From Kofleriaceae bacterium (lineage in GTDB: Bacteria > Myxococcota_A > Polyangia > Haliangiales > Haliangiaceae), in the NCBI GenBank assembly GCA_046597055.1, contig JBKJLC010000037.1, forward strand, positions 32,001 to 96,000: a DNA stretch of 64,000 nucleotides. The letters are read 5' to 3'. Both the position numbers and the translations under genes were made by a program. The notes under the pieces are model-generated. The model had not been told where the DNA came from. It saw only the letters and a list, made by a program, of their open reading frames with translations, and ran no database searches. Below, piece after piece: positions 19,613 through 28,683 of the stretch (positions are counted from its first letter, which is position 1; each line of letters opens with the position of its first letter).

Positions 19613-20392
19613 TCACAGGCGCGCTGCGAGGACGAGCCAGCCGCCGGTGAGCAGGGAGGCGATCACGAGCCCCCACCCGATCTGGCGCAGGCGCCGGGGC
19701 GAGGCCGGCACCACCGCCAGGGCGACCGCGATCGCGATCAGCGGCGCGCCGGCCAGGACCTGGCGGTCGACCCAGGTCGCGAGCACGCCGGCGGTGGCGA
19801 CCACCGCGGCGAGCCCGATGGGCCCGGCCGGGCGTCGGGGCCGCTTGCCGCGCGCGATCACGTCGCGCACCGCGACGGTGACCGCGGCGAAGCCGAGCGA
19901 CCACGTCGCCCAGGCCCAGGCGGCAGTGGCCGGGTCGAGGCCACCCGCGACCGCGACCGGCACCGCGGCACCCGCCAGCGCACAGGCCGCGATCACCTCG
20001 CCGGGCAGGGTCTTCTCCTGGCCGCGCCAGACCAGGACCGCCGCCAGCGACGCGGGCACCAGCGCCGCGCCTGCCGCGAGCGCCACCGTCGCGTCGCCGA
20101 CCACGAGGCCGAGCCCCCCCGCGACCGCGGCCACGCCGGTCAGCTGGGCGAGCCGGCGCCGGGCGCGATCGCCGTGGTCGCGCTGCACGCGCGCGCCGCG
20201 ATGCCCGGCCAGCACCAGCGCCGGCTCGTGCGCGAGGAACGTCGTCACCGCGGCGATCGCCAGCGCCACCGCAGCCAGGCCGGGGCACCCCGACGCCAGC
20301 CCGACCACCAGCGGCACGCCGAGCTGGCCGTAGGCGCCGTGCTCGCGCGGCGCGAGCGAGCGGGCGCGGGGCGGCGCTGCGGTGGTCATCAT
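19613..20392 (-). CDS. YwiC-like membrane protein
   Basis: PREHGAYGQL, FLAHEP, LRQIGW motifs; start overlaps the upstream stop. Confidence 0.8.
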   Translation of the reverse strand: MMTTAAPPRARSLAPREHGAYGQLGVPLVVGLASGCPGLAAVALAIAAVTTFLAHEPALVLAGHRGARVQRDHGDRARRRLAQLTGVAAVAGGLGLVVGDATVALAAGAALVPASLAAVLVWRGQEKTLPGEVIAACALAGAAVPVAVAGGLDPATAAWAWATWSLGFAAVTVAVRDVIARGKRPRRPAGPIGLAAVVATAGVLATWVDRQVLAGAPLIAIAVALAVVPASPRRLRQIGWGLVIASLLTGGWLVLAARL

Positions 20393-21051
20393 GGGGTCGC
20401 GAGCGCGGTCACGGCGTCGGCCCGGCTCGCCTGCCGCCGACCGATGACCAGGTGCAGCACGGTCAGGGCGAACACACCCATCACGAAGACGCCCATCAGG
20501 TACGTGCCGAGCTGCGGCCAGCTCATGGTCTGGAAGTTGGCGATCTGCTTGGTGCCCACGATCGCCGGCGTGAACGGCTCGATCTTGATCGGCGCGGTCG
20601 GGTCGAGGGTGTGCCCGTACACGTGGAGCTTGTAGATGAAGCGCCCGAACGCGAAGCCCGAGACGTAGCCCGTGAGCACGAGCAGGTCGATCAGCGTCCG
20701 GACGTTGCCGATCGCCGCGCACCGGAGGGCCAGGATGGCGAGCAGCCCGAGCGCGAACGGGATCCAGTCGAGGTCCTTCAGCTCGGCGCGGTCGATCGTC
20801 TTCATGCCGATGTAGTGGTTGAGATTGTTGATCTCCTTGATGTCCTTACCATCGTGGCCACCGACGACCTTGTGACCGTAGATGTCCATCGAGAGGCCCT
20901 TGGGATACTGGGGCGCCTTCATCGAGATCCGCCAGAGCGGCTGGGTGAACACCAGGACCAGCGGAATCACCAGCGCCGCGAGCACGAGCCGCGCGATCGG
21001 AAACAGCGGGCGGTCGAGGAAGACGTAGAACCGGGCGACTGCATCCTTCAT
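20389..21051 (-). CDS. clade II nos-cluster membrane protein (NosB-like)
   Basis: PLWRISMKAPQYPKGL, EINNLNHYIGMK, YGHTLDP..APIK..PFTP, IANF. Confidence 0.8.
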   Translation of the reverse strand: MKDAVARFYVFLDRPLFPIARLVLAALVIPLVLVFTQPLWRISMKAPQYPKGLSMDIYGHKVVGGHDGKDIKEINNLNHYIGMKTIDRAELKDLDWIPFALGLLAILALRCAAIGNVRTLIDLLVLTGYVSGFAFGRFIYKLHVYGHTLDPTAPIKIEPFTPAIVGTKQIANFQTMSWPQLGTYLMGVFVMGVFALTVLHLVIGRRQASRADAVTALATP

Positions 21052-21064
21052 CGGGAAGCTCCTG

Positions 21065-21904
21065 TCAGACGAGATCGCCGCGCCGAAAGGCGAGGTAGGC
21101 GCCGGTCCAGGTGCCGACTCCCACCGCGACCGGCCAGGCGATGCCCAGCGCCAGCAGCGCGGTCGAGCCGAAGCGGTGGGCGAGATAGAACCCGACCGGG
21201 CCGAGCGTGGCGAGGTCGGTCTCGAGCCCGCTGAGCAGCGCCATGCGAGCGTCCTGGACCGGGTTGAGGGCGGCCAGCGTGAACACCGCGTGGGCGTCGA
21301 GCCGCCAGCGCAGCATCACGCCGATGAGCCCGAAGTCGAGCAGCGCGACGCCGAGGGCCCAGCTCAGGATCACCCAGGTGGTGGCCCGGGCCGGGTTGCG
21401 GACCAGCGTCGAGATCAGGATCCCGACGCCGGAGAACGCCGCCAGGAGCGCGGTGGCGATCACGAGCGAGCGCACCACGAACGGCCACGGCACCGCCTGG
21501 CCCAGCGCGACCTGTCCGTACAGGCCGAGGCCGACCATCAGCACCACCAGCGGCACCACCAGCACCGCGTAGCGGGTCAGCGAGACCCCGAGGAACCACG
21601 CGCTCCGGCGCAGCGGCTGGCTGAACAGCAACTCGAGCGTGCCGTCGTCGCGCGCGCGCCCGACCACCGGGCTGAACATGGTGAGCGCGAGCAGCGGCAA
21701 CAAGAGCAGCAGCGCGTGGCACATCGAGAGGAGCACGCGGCCGATGCCGGTGAACCCGAGCACGGTCGACTCGCGCATGCCGACCAGGACGAAGATCACG
21801 GCGAGCAGGAAGTACGCGCCGGCGCAGAACAGCAGCCAGCGCGAGCGGAGCACCTCGGCGAGGTCGAGACGGGCGGCGACCAGGACCTGACGGACGAAGC
21901 TCAC
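21065..21904 (-). CDS. nosY: ABC permease NosY
   Basis: DGTLELLFSQPL, LNPVQDAR, multi-TM; GTG 21904. Confidence 0.85.
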   Translation of the reverse strand: MSFVRQVLVAARLDLAEVLRSRWLLFCAGAYFLLAVIFVLVGMRESTVLGFTGIGRVLLSMCHALLLLLPLLALTMFSPVVGRARDDGTLELLFSQPLRRSAWFLGVSLTRYAVLVVPLVVLMVGLGLYGQVALGQAVPWPFVVRSLVIATALLAAFSGVGILISTLVRNPARATTWVILSWALGVALLDFGLIGVMLRWRLDAHAVFTLAALNPVQDARMALLSGLETDLATLGPVGFYLAHRFGSTALLALGIAWPVAVGVGTWTGAYLAFRRGDLV

Positions 21905-22374
21905 GGGTGGCCTCCGGACGGTGAGGGGGCGACCGGTCCCGCCAGCACCCGGAGCCGGGCGGTGGCCAGGTCGATCGCGCCGGGCGTGGCCCGCGGCACC
22001 GCGGCCAGGCCGAAGCCCATCGGCGTGGTCGCGCCGCTGACGAAGCCGACCTCCGTGCTGGACAGCCAGCCGGCGCTGGTGCTGTCGTGGAACCAGATCC
22101 GGTGCACGTCGGGCGCGCGGTCGTCGAGGTACTGCAGCAAGCAGCCGGGGTCGTCGAAGAACGCGGCCTCGCCGGTGCGGTCGACCAGCTGGGCGGCGTG
22201 GGCGGGCTCGCCGACCAGCATGCGGCAGTGCGCGCAGGGCTGATGGTTCCAGGCCACCGGCATCGGCCCGTCGGGCACGCGGGAGCCCCGCGCGACAACG
22301 ACGATCACGGTGAGGACCCCGGCGACCAGCGCCGCCAGGCTCGCCCACCGGAGCCAGCGATGGTCACGAGGCAC
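21901..22374 (-). CDS. nosL: Cu chaperone NosL
   Basis: CAHCRM, FDDPGC, TPMGFG. Confidence 0.85.
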   Translation of the reverse strand: MPRDHRWLRWASLAALVAGVLTVIVVVARGSRVPDGPMPVAWNHQPCAHCRMLVGEPAHAAQLVDRTGEAAFFDDPGCLLQYLDDRAPDVHRIWFHDSTSAGWLSSTEVGFVSGATTPMGFGLAAVPRATPGAIDLATARLRVLAGPVAPSPSGGHP

Positions 22375-23239
22375 CGGGCGCCTCCAGCTCGAGGTGGTCG
22401 GTGTCGCGCACGACGAGATCGTCGACGGCGCCCCCGAGCCGGGTCAGCACGGCCGGCACGAGCCGCAGCTTGTCGGCGTGCGAGACCGCCTGGGTCCACC
22501 AGCCGCCGGCCCCGGCCGCGAAGCCCTGGCTGGCCAGCCACGCCACGTCGGCCCCCCGGTAGCGCACCTCCACCACCGCCGCCTGGTGGGCCGCCAGGTA
22601 GGCGGTCGCGGGACCGTCATGCGTGATCCGGCCGTCGGCGAGGGCGACCACGTGATCGACCAGCGCGCGGAGCTCGTCGAGCCGGTGCGAGCACAGGATG
22701 AGGGTGGCGTGGGGGGTGGCGCGCGCGACGTGGGCGAGCAGCCGGGCGCGAGCCTGGGCGTCGAGGCTGGCGGTCGGCTCGTCGAGGACCAGCAGGTCGG
22801 CCGGGCTGGCCAGCGCCAGCGCGAGGAGCAGCTTCTGCCGCATCCCGCCCGACAGCGACCGGACCGGCCGGTCGCGGACCCGGTCGAGGTCGAGCCCCAG
22901 CATGGTGGCCAGGTCGACCACCGTGGTCCGCGCCACGCCGCGCAGGCCGGTGATCGCGCGCACCACCTCGTCGACCGGCGCCGCCAGCTGCGGCGCGATC
23001 TGCGGGACGTACGCGAGCCGCGCCGCCACCGCCATCCGGTCGGTGAGCGGACGGCCGTCGATCAGGATCTCCCCCTGGTGGTGGAGCAGGCCCATGATCG
23101 TTCGGGTCAGCGTGGTCTTGCCGGAGCCGTTGGGGCCGAGCAGCGCGACCCGCGCGCCGCTCGCGATCGTGAGATCGATGCTGGCGAGGGCGGTGCTGGT
23201 CCCGAACCGCTTCGACACGTTGCGCAGCTCGATCCGCAT
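22364..23239 (-). CDS. nosF: ABC ATPase NosF
   Basis: GPNGSGKT, LSGGMRQ, LDEPT; ATG 23239. Confidence 0.88.
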   Translation of the reverse strand: MRIELRNVSKRFGTSTALASIDLTIASGARVALLGPNGSGKTTLTRTIMGLLHHQGEILIDGRPLTDRMAVAARLAYVPQIAPQLAAPVDEVVRAITGLRGVARTTVVDLATMLGLDLDRVRDRPVRSLSGGMRQKLLLALALASPADLLVLDEPTASLDAQARARLLAHVARATPHATLILCSHRLDELRALVDHVVALADGRITHDGPATAYLAAHQAAVVEVRYRGADVAWLASQGFAAGAGGWWTQAVSHADKLRLVPAVLTRLGGAVDDLVVRDTDHLELEAPGAS

Positions 23240-24558
23240 CAGCGAGGTCCTCCGGCGCCAGCGACCGGCGCCATGCGGGGGCGGGGATCTTCGAGCACCG
23301 TCCGGGGCTGGAACAGCGGGTCGAGGTGGGCGGCGGCGTCGGCCAGCGCCAGCGCCGGGGTGCCCGTGAAGAAGCCGAGCGCGGGCTGATGGGCGACCAG
23401 CTCGCCCGAGAACGAGCGCAGCTGGTAGGGCAGGTCGCCGGTCCCGTTGCCGTCGAGGTCGTAGCCGGCGTAGTCGTCGAACCAGTTGCCGTCCCATCCG
23501 ACCTGCCGTGCGTCGTTGCCGCCGTCGACCCGGACCTGGATGTCGTTGCCACCGAAGTCGTTGCCGCGGACGGTGACGCCGTGGGTCGAGGCGTGGAAGG
23601 CGAGGGCGGTGCCGCACAGCCGCAGCTGGTTGCCGGTGATCTCGACCGTCTCGTCGCGCCGCTGCGGGGTGGCGTCGAGGTAGATCCCGACGTGGTCGCG
23701 GACCAGCACGTTGTCGGCGATCCGCACCGTCCCCGAATCCTTGAGGCCGATCGCGATGCCGGCGGCGCCGGCCGCGTTCGCGATCAGGTTCCCGGTCAGG
23801 GCGACCTCCTTCGAGTACATGACGAAGATCCCGACGGTGACGTCGACGTAGCGGTTGCCCGAGGCGACGGTGTGGTGGCTGTACATGAAGTGGGTGCCGT
23901 AGCGCGCCCGCAGGATGCGGTTGTTGCGGACGGTGGCGCCGCGCGAGTACCAGATGACGACGTCGCGGCCGTCCTCGACCTGGTTGTCCTCGACCACCGC
24001 GTCGTCGGTCTCCCACAGCCGGACCGGATCGCCGCGCTGGCCGATCGCGTCGTCGGTCGACCCGTACACGTGATTGCCTGCGACCCGCACGCCGCGGGCG
24101 CGTTCGACCACGATGCCGTAGCCGGCGCCGACCACGGTGACGCCCGCGATGACGACGTCGGCGGCGGTCGCGTGCACCGCGGCCTCGTGCTCGTTGGCGC
24201 CGCGGTTCGCGCCATCGATGGTGACGCCGCGCAGCTGGGCGCCGGCGCCGCGGAGGTGGACGGTCGCGCCGCCGCCGGTCGCGACCACCACCGCCTGGGG
24301 TGGGCCCCACACCGTCACGCCGGCGTCGACCACGATCGGGCCCGGGTAGCGGCCCGGATCGAGGCAGAGCGCCTGGCCCGGCGTCGCCGCCGCCACCACC
24401 GCGGCCAGCGCGTCGCTGGCGAGCACCCGCCGGCATGGCGCCGGCCGCGGCCCATCAGCCGCGTGGCCCGGCGGCCGACCCGCGACCGGCGGCGTCGCGC
24501 AGGCCGCGATCGCCGACGCGGCCAGCGTGATCAGCGCGGCGAGGGCCGGGGCCATCAT
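23239..24558 (-). CDS. nosD: N2O reductase maturation protein NosD
   Basis: RYGTHFMYS, GIFVMYS, GNWFDDYAGYDLDGNGTGDLPY; beta-helix repeats. Confidence 0.92.
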   Translation of the reverse strand: MMAPALAALITLAASAIAACATPPVAGRPPGHAADGPRPAPCRRVLASDALAAVVAAATPGQALCLDPGRYPGPIVVDAGVTVWGPPQAVVVATGGGATVHLRGAGAQLRGVTIDGANRGANEHEAAVHATAADVVIAGVTVVGAGYGIVVERARGVRVAGNHVYGSTDDAIGQRGDPVRLWETDDAVVEDNQVEDGRDVVIWYSRGATVRNNRILRARYGTHFMYSHHTVASGNRYVDVTVGIFVMYSKEVALTGNLIANAAGAAGIAIGLKDSGTVRIADNVLVRDHVGIYLDATPQRRDETVEITGNQLRLCGTALAFHASTHGVTVRGNDFGGNDIQVRVDGGNDARQVGWDGNWFDDYAGYDLDGNGTGDLPYQLRSFSGELVAHQPALGFFTGTPALALADAAAHLDPLFQPRTVLEDPRPRMAPVAGAGGPR

Positions 24559-24571
24559 CGCCGCCGCCCGG

Positions 24572-26530
24572 TCACTTGGGCTCCACCAGGAAGTACCCCG
24601 CCATCTCGAGGTGCAGCGCCGAGCAGAACTCGGTGCAGTACATCGGGAACACGCCCGCGCGGTCGGCGACGAACGTGACGTCGGAGTGCTCGCCGGGCTC
24701 GAGCGACAGGTTGATGTTGTACGCGCTGAGCGCGAAGCCGTGGGTGGCGTCGTAGGCTTGCTCGAGGCTGGTGATGTGGACGTGGACGGTGTCGCCGACC
24801 TTCACGCGGACCACGTCGGGCGTGAAGTGGCTGCGGATCGCGGTCATGTAGACGTGGACCTGGTCACCCTGACGCTCGACCCGCTCCTTGCCGCCCGCGA
24901 CCGCGTGCGGCGAGATCTCGCCGGTGATCGGATCCTCGCCAGGCGGGTAGATCTCGATCGGCTTCAGCTTGTCGGCCTTGATCATCTGGGCGTAGTGCGG
25001 CTCGCCGAGCGGCAGCGGCAGGTCGTAGAGCACGGTCATCTTGGGCGTGGTCAGATCGACCAGCTGGAAGTTCTGCGGCAACAGCGGGCCGACCTTGTTG
25101 AACCGGTCGAGCGCCCACTTGTTCATCGCGATCAGGTACTTGCCGTCGGGCGACACGGTGTCGCCCTCGGCCGCGACCAGGTGGCCGATGTTGTAGTGAG
25201 TCGAGACCTTGTCGACGACCTTCAGGTCCGCGAGCGACCACTTGGCGACCACGGTCTCGAGGAACAGCGACGTGTACGCGAAGCCCTGGCCGTCGAACTG
25301 GGTGTGGAGCGGGCCGAGCCCGAGCTCGACCTGACCTCGGATCGCATCCTTGAAGGCGAGGATCGGTACCCCATAGCGATCCTTGCTCTCGAACTGCTTG
25401 TTCTCGATGAGCGTCTTGATCTTCTCGAAGCTGTAGACCGTGCCGTGGGTGTCGAGTTTGCCGCCGACCACGATGTCCTTGCCATCGGGGGTCACGTCGA
25501 CGCCGTGCGGGCTCTTGGGCTCGGGCACCAAGGTCAACACGCCCTCGGCGGCGGCGGTCGCCAGCCGGATCGTGCGCATCCCGGCGATCGTCTCGAACTT
25601 GCCGGCGGCGATCAGCGCCTCGGCCTTCTTCCAGTTGACGACGTGCATGTAGTCCATGTCGTTCTGCGACATGCCCGACTCCATCGGCGGGTTGCCCTCG
25701 GCGTTGCCGCCCCACGCCAGCTCGGTGTTGATCGAGTTGAAGAAGGCCCAGCCGTTGGAACCCAGCTTGCCGGCGTCGGCGAGGTCCTGCACGTAGGGCG
25801 GGAACTCGATCGCGAACGAGGCGGTCGGGTCGAGGCGACCCTTGCTGCGGTCGAACTTCCAGAACAGCGCGGCGCCGCGATACTTGCTCTCGTAGTCGGT
25901 CTTGGGGTCGGCGTAGACCCCGCCGAGCGGCGCGGCGTACTGGGTCGTCTCGATCACGTACTCGGTGTCGGGCGTGACGAAGGCGGCGCCGTGGTCGGAG
26001 CCGATCAGCTCGCTGGTGACGATCTGCTTGGTCGCGAAGTCCCCGAGGTCGATCACCGCGAGGCGGGCGTTGGCCTTGTCCCCGATGAAGAGGAACTGGC
26101 CGTCGTAGTCGCCGCCGGTCTCCGACAGCGCCGGGTGGTGGGTGTCGGCCCACGTGAGATCCTTGCCGCCGCGCTTGCCGCCGGCGAGGACCGCCTTGGT
26201 CTGATCGTCGAAGCCATAGCCCTGCCACGGCTCGGGCGTGAACACGGCGATGTACTTGAGGATGCGCATGCTGGGCACCCCGATCACGATCACCTGGCCG
26301 GACTGGCCACCCGAGGCGAACGCGAAGTACTCGTCGTGCTTGCCGGTGGGGGTGTAGGTCTTGAGCGCGGCCTGGACGTCGGCCTCGTTGAGGCCGCGCG
26401 CCTTCATCAGCTCGCCGAGCGAGCTGGCGGCGCCGCCGGTGGGCCCACCGGGCGAGGAGGTCTTGCCGCTGCCGCAGGCGAGCCCGGCGACGAGGACGCC
26501 GACACAGGCCAGATTCTGGGAGATGTGCAT
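24572..26530 (-). CDS. nosZ: Sec-dependent (clade II) nitrous-oxide reductase
   Basis: SGGQSGQV, DTHHP, PKSPHG, GPLHT, EPHY, CuA CTEFCSALHLEM; lipobox LAC, no Tat RR. Confidence 0.96.
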   Translation of the reverse strand: MHISQNLACVGVLVAGLACGSGKTSSPGGPTGGAASSLGELMKARGLNEADVQAALKTYTPTGKHDEYFAFASGGQSGQVIVIGVPSMRILKYIAVFTPEPWQGYGFDDQTKAVLAGGKRGGKDLTWADTHHPALSETGGDYDGQFLFIGDKANARLAVIDLGDFATKQIVTSELIGSDHGAAFVTPDTEYVIETTQYAAPLGGVYADPKTDYESKYRGAALFWKFDRSKGRLDPTASFAIEFPPYVQDLADAGKLGSNGWAFFNSINTELAWGGNAEGNPPMESGMSQNDMDYMHVVNWKKAEALIAAGKFETIAGMRTIRLATAAAEGVLTLVPEPKSPHGVDVTPDGKDIVVGGKLDTHGTVYSFEKIKTLIENKQFESKDRYGVPILAFKDAIRGQVELGLGPLHTQFDGQGFAYTSLFLETVVAKWSLADLKVVDKVSTHYNIGHLVAAEGDTVSPDGKYLIAMNKWALDRFNKVGPLLPQNFQLVDLTTPKMTVLYDLPLPLGEPHYAQMIKADKLKPIEIYPPGEDPITGEISPHAVAGGKERVERQGDQVHVYMTAIRSHFTPDVVRVKVGDTVHVHITSLEQAYDATHGFALSAYNINLSLEPGEHSDVTFVADRAGVFPMYCTEFCSALHLEMAGYFLVEPK

Positions 26531-26546
26531 GATGGCTTGCTCCGGT

Positions 26547-26966
26547 TCAGTGCTTGAAGCTGCGCACGACCGCGCGGAGCTCCGCGACGATCGCTGGATC
26601 GGTCAGGTCGGGATTGCCGGGCATCGCCGGGCTCTTGCCGACCGCGACGCCACCGAACTTGATGATCTTCTCGACGTAGGCGTCGTCGATCGACTGCTGC
26701 CAGGCCGCGTCCCCGAAGTTGCGGGGCTTGGGGGTGAGCCCGGCCGAGGCGGGGCCATCGCCCATGCCCTGGGGACCATGACAGGGCGTGCAGCGGGTCG
26801 CGAAGATGTGGCGGGCGGTGGCGGCGGCCGGGCTGCTGGCGGCCGCGGGCTGACTGGGAGCTCCAGCGACCACCGGCTCGGCTTGATCGCCGTCGGCCGG
26901 CGTGGGCTTGCTGCACGCGGCGGCGACGAGGAGGGTGGCGGCAGAGACGAGCACGACGATTCGCAT
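26547..26966 (-). CDS. monoheme cytochrome c lipoprotein
   Basis: CTPCHG..G.GDGP, PRNF, SPAMP; lipobox AAAC; GAGGT RBS. Confidence 0.88.
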   Translation of the reverse strand: MRIVVLVSAATLLVAAACSKPTPADGDQAEPVVAGAPSQPAAASSPAAATARHIFATRCTPCHGPQGMGDGPASAGLTPKPRNFGDAAWQQSIDDAYVEKIIKFGGVAVGKSPAMPGNPDLTDPAIVAELRAVVRSFKH

Positions 26967-26996
26967 CGATGCACCTCGGGGTTTGTGGGTTCTGGC

Positions 26997-27013
26997 AGCA
27001 AGCCACGTGCCCG
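26997..27013 (-). promoter_or_regulatory. sigma-54 promoter of nos operon
   Basis: Minus strand CGGGCACGTGGCTTGCT. Confidence 0.75.
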
Positions 27014-27030
27014 GTGTGCGGCCGCGATGC

Positions 27031-27045
27031 GCGCAATCGGTGCGA
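27031..27045. promoter_or_regulatory. near-perfect GCGCA-N5-TGCGC palindrome
   Basis: GCGCAATCGGTGCGA; weaker copy CCGCAGGACCTTCGC at 27071-27085. Confidence 0.55.
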
Positions 27046-27094
27046 AGTCGGGCGCGTCCGCCGCAAAGACCCGCAGGACCTTCGCGGTCGCGGC

Positions 27095-28492
27095 TCAGAT
27101 CGTGGGCGACCCGGTGCCGGTGCGGGCGTAGCGATCGAACACGCTGCACACGTTGCGGATCAGGTGATGGCCGAGCGGCGTCGCGGTGATGGTGCCGCCG
27201 GCGCGGTCGACCACCGCGAGGTCGGCGAGCTCGCGCTCGAGCACGGCGAGCTCGCGGGCGAAGGTGGTGGCGAAGTCGAGCAGGTGTCGATCCTGGACGT
27301 CCGCGAACGCGAGCCGGCCGTCGCACATGAGGCGCATGATCACCGCGCGCCGGAGCTCGTCGTCGCGGTCGAGCTGGACGCCGCGGGTGACCGGCAGCCG
27401 GCCGGCCCGGACCGCATCCGACCACGCATCGACGTCGACCAGGTTCTGCCAGTAGGCGTGGCCGGCGTCGGAGATCGCGCTGGCCCCGCACCCGATCAGG
27501 CGCGCGGCGCGCGCGATCACGTAGCCCTGGAAGTTCCGTCCCAGGGTGCCGCTCGCGCTGGCCGCGATCAGCGGATCGCCGGGGCGCGCGAAGTGGTCGA
27601 GGCCGATGCGGACGTAGCCGGCGTCGGCGAGGCGATCCATCACGGTCCGCAGCAGCTCGACCCGCTCGCGGATCGTCGGGACCGGCGCCGCGCGCTCGAC
27701 CAGGCGCTGGTGCGGCCGCAGGTGCGGCATGTGCGCGTAGCCGAACACGGCGATGCGGTCGGGCGCGAGCTCGACCACGCGGTCGAGGGTGAGGCCGAGG
27801 GTCTCGGGGCTCTGTCCGGGCAGGCCGTAGACCAGGTCGACGTTGACGCTGTGAAAGCCGGCCGTGCGTGCGCGCTCGATGACGGCGCGGGTCTGCGCCA
27901 GCGTCTGGGTCCGGTGGATCACCTCCTGGACCGTGGGATCGAAGTCCTGGACGCCGACCGAGACGCGGGTGAAGCCGAGCGCAGCCAGCGCGTCGATCTG
28001 TTCGGCGGTGGTGTCGCGGGGATCGAGCTCGATGCCGAGGTGTGCGTCAGGCGCCACCGAGAAGTGGCCGCGGATCGCCACCATCAAGCGCGTGAGGTCG
28101 TCGATGTCGAGGAAGTTGGGCGAGCCGCCGCCCAGCGCGAGCTCGACCAGTGGGGGCGCGCCGCCGATCGCGGCCACCACCAGGCCGAGCTCCCGGATCA
28201 GGAGATCGATGTAGCCCGTGCCCTGGCTGCGATCGCGGGTCGCGCGCACGTTGCACCCGCAGTACCAGCACAGCTGCGAGCAGAACGGGATGTGCACGTA
28301 GAGCGAGAGGGGCTCGCCGGCGCCGATCGCCGCGAGCTCGCGCGCGGCGTCGACGGGACCGAACTGACGCGTGAACTCGGTGGCCGGCGGGTAGCTGGTG
28401 TAGCGAGGACCGGCCTGGGCGCGCGCCACCAGCGCGTCGCTGGACTGCTCGATCCGGGGCGGAAACGTCGGGAGGAGGCGGATGGCGGCCAT
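27095..28492 (-). CDS. hemN: oxygen-independent coproporphyrinogen III oxidase
   Basis: GPRYTSYP, YVHIPFCSQLCWYCGCN, GGGSP, IGLDHFA, RNFQGY. Confidence 0.94.
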   Translation of the reverse strand: MAAIRLLPTFPPRIEQSSDALVARAQAGPRYTSYPPATEFTRQFGPVDAARELAAIGAGEPLSLYVHIPFCSQLCWYCGCNVRATRDRSQGTGYIDLLIRELGLVVAAIGGAPPLVELALGGGSPNFLDIDDLTRLMVAIRGHFSVAPDAHLGIELDPRDTTAEQIDALAALGFTRVSVGVQDFDPTVQEVIHRTQTLAQTRAVIERARTAGFHSVNVDLVYGLPGQSPETLGLTLDRVVELAPDRIAVFGYAHMPHLRPHQRLVERAAPVPTIRERVELLRTVMDRLADAGYVRIGLDHFARPGDPLIAASASGTLGRNFQGYVIARAARLIGCGASAISDAGHAYWQNLVDVDAWSDAVRAGRLPVTRGVQLDRDDELRRAVIMRLMCDGRLAFADVQDRHLLDFATTFARELAVLERELADLAVVDRAGGTITATPLGHHLIRNVCSVFDRYARTGTGSPTI

Positions 28493-28505
28493 GCGCCACT
28501 CGGCG

Positions 28506-28522
28506 AGCACGGCGTATGCCAT
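28506..28522 (-). promoter_or_regulatory. sigma-54 promoter of hemN
   Basis: Minus strand ATGGCATACGCCGTGCT. Confidence 0.65.
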
Positions 28523-28594
28523 GGGAGCTTCCGGCCGAGCGGCGACCTTCGACGAGAACCAGGCACGATGAAAGTGCGCGGGCGGCGCGGCCCT

Positions 28595-28609
28595 GCGCAG
28601 GGTTTGCGC
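28595..28609. promoter_or_regulatory. GCGCA-N5-TGCGC palindrome between hemN and the cytochrome operon
   Basis: GCGCAGGGTTTGCGC, the exact reverse complement of the site at 58307. Confidence 0.65.
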
Positions 28610-28650
28610 GATCGCCGGATGGCGCGTGAGCCAGAGCAGGCGTCCCCGCC

Positions 28651-28667
28651 GTGGCATGAGTCTTGGA
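28651..28667 (+). promoter_or_regulatory. atypical sigma-54-like promoter of multiheme operon
   Basis: GTGGCATGAGTCTTGGA (-12 is GG instead of GC). Confidence 0.4.
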
Positions 28668-28683
28668 ATTGCGGCAGTCCACC

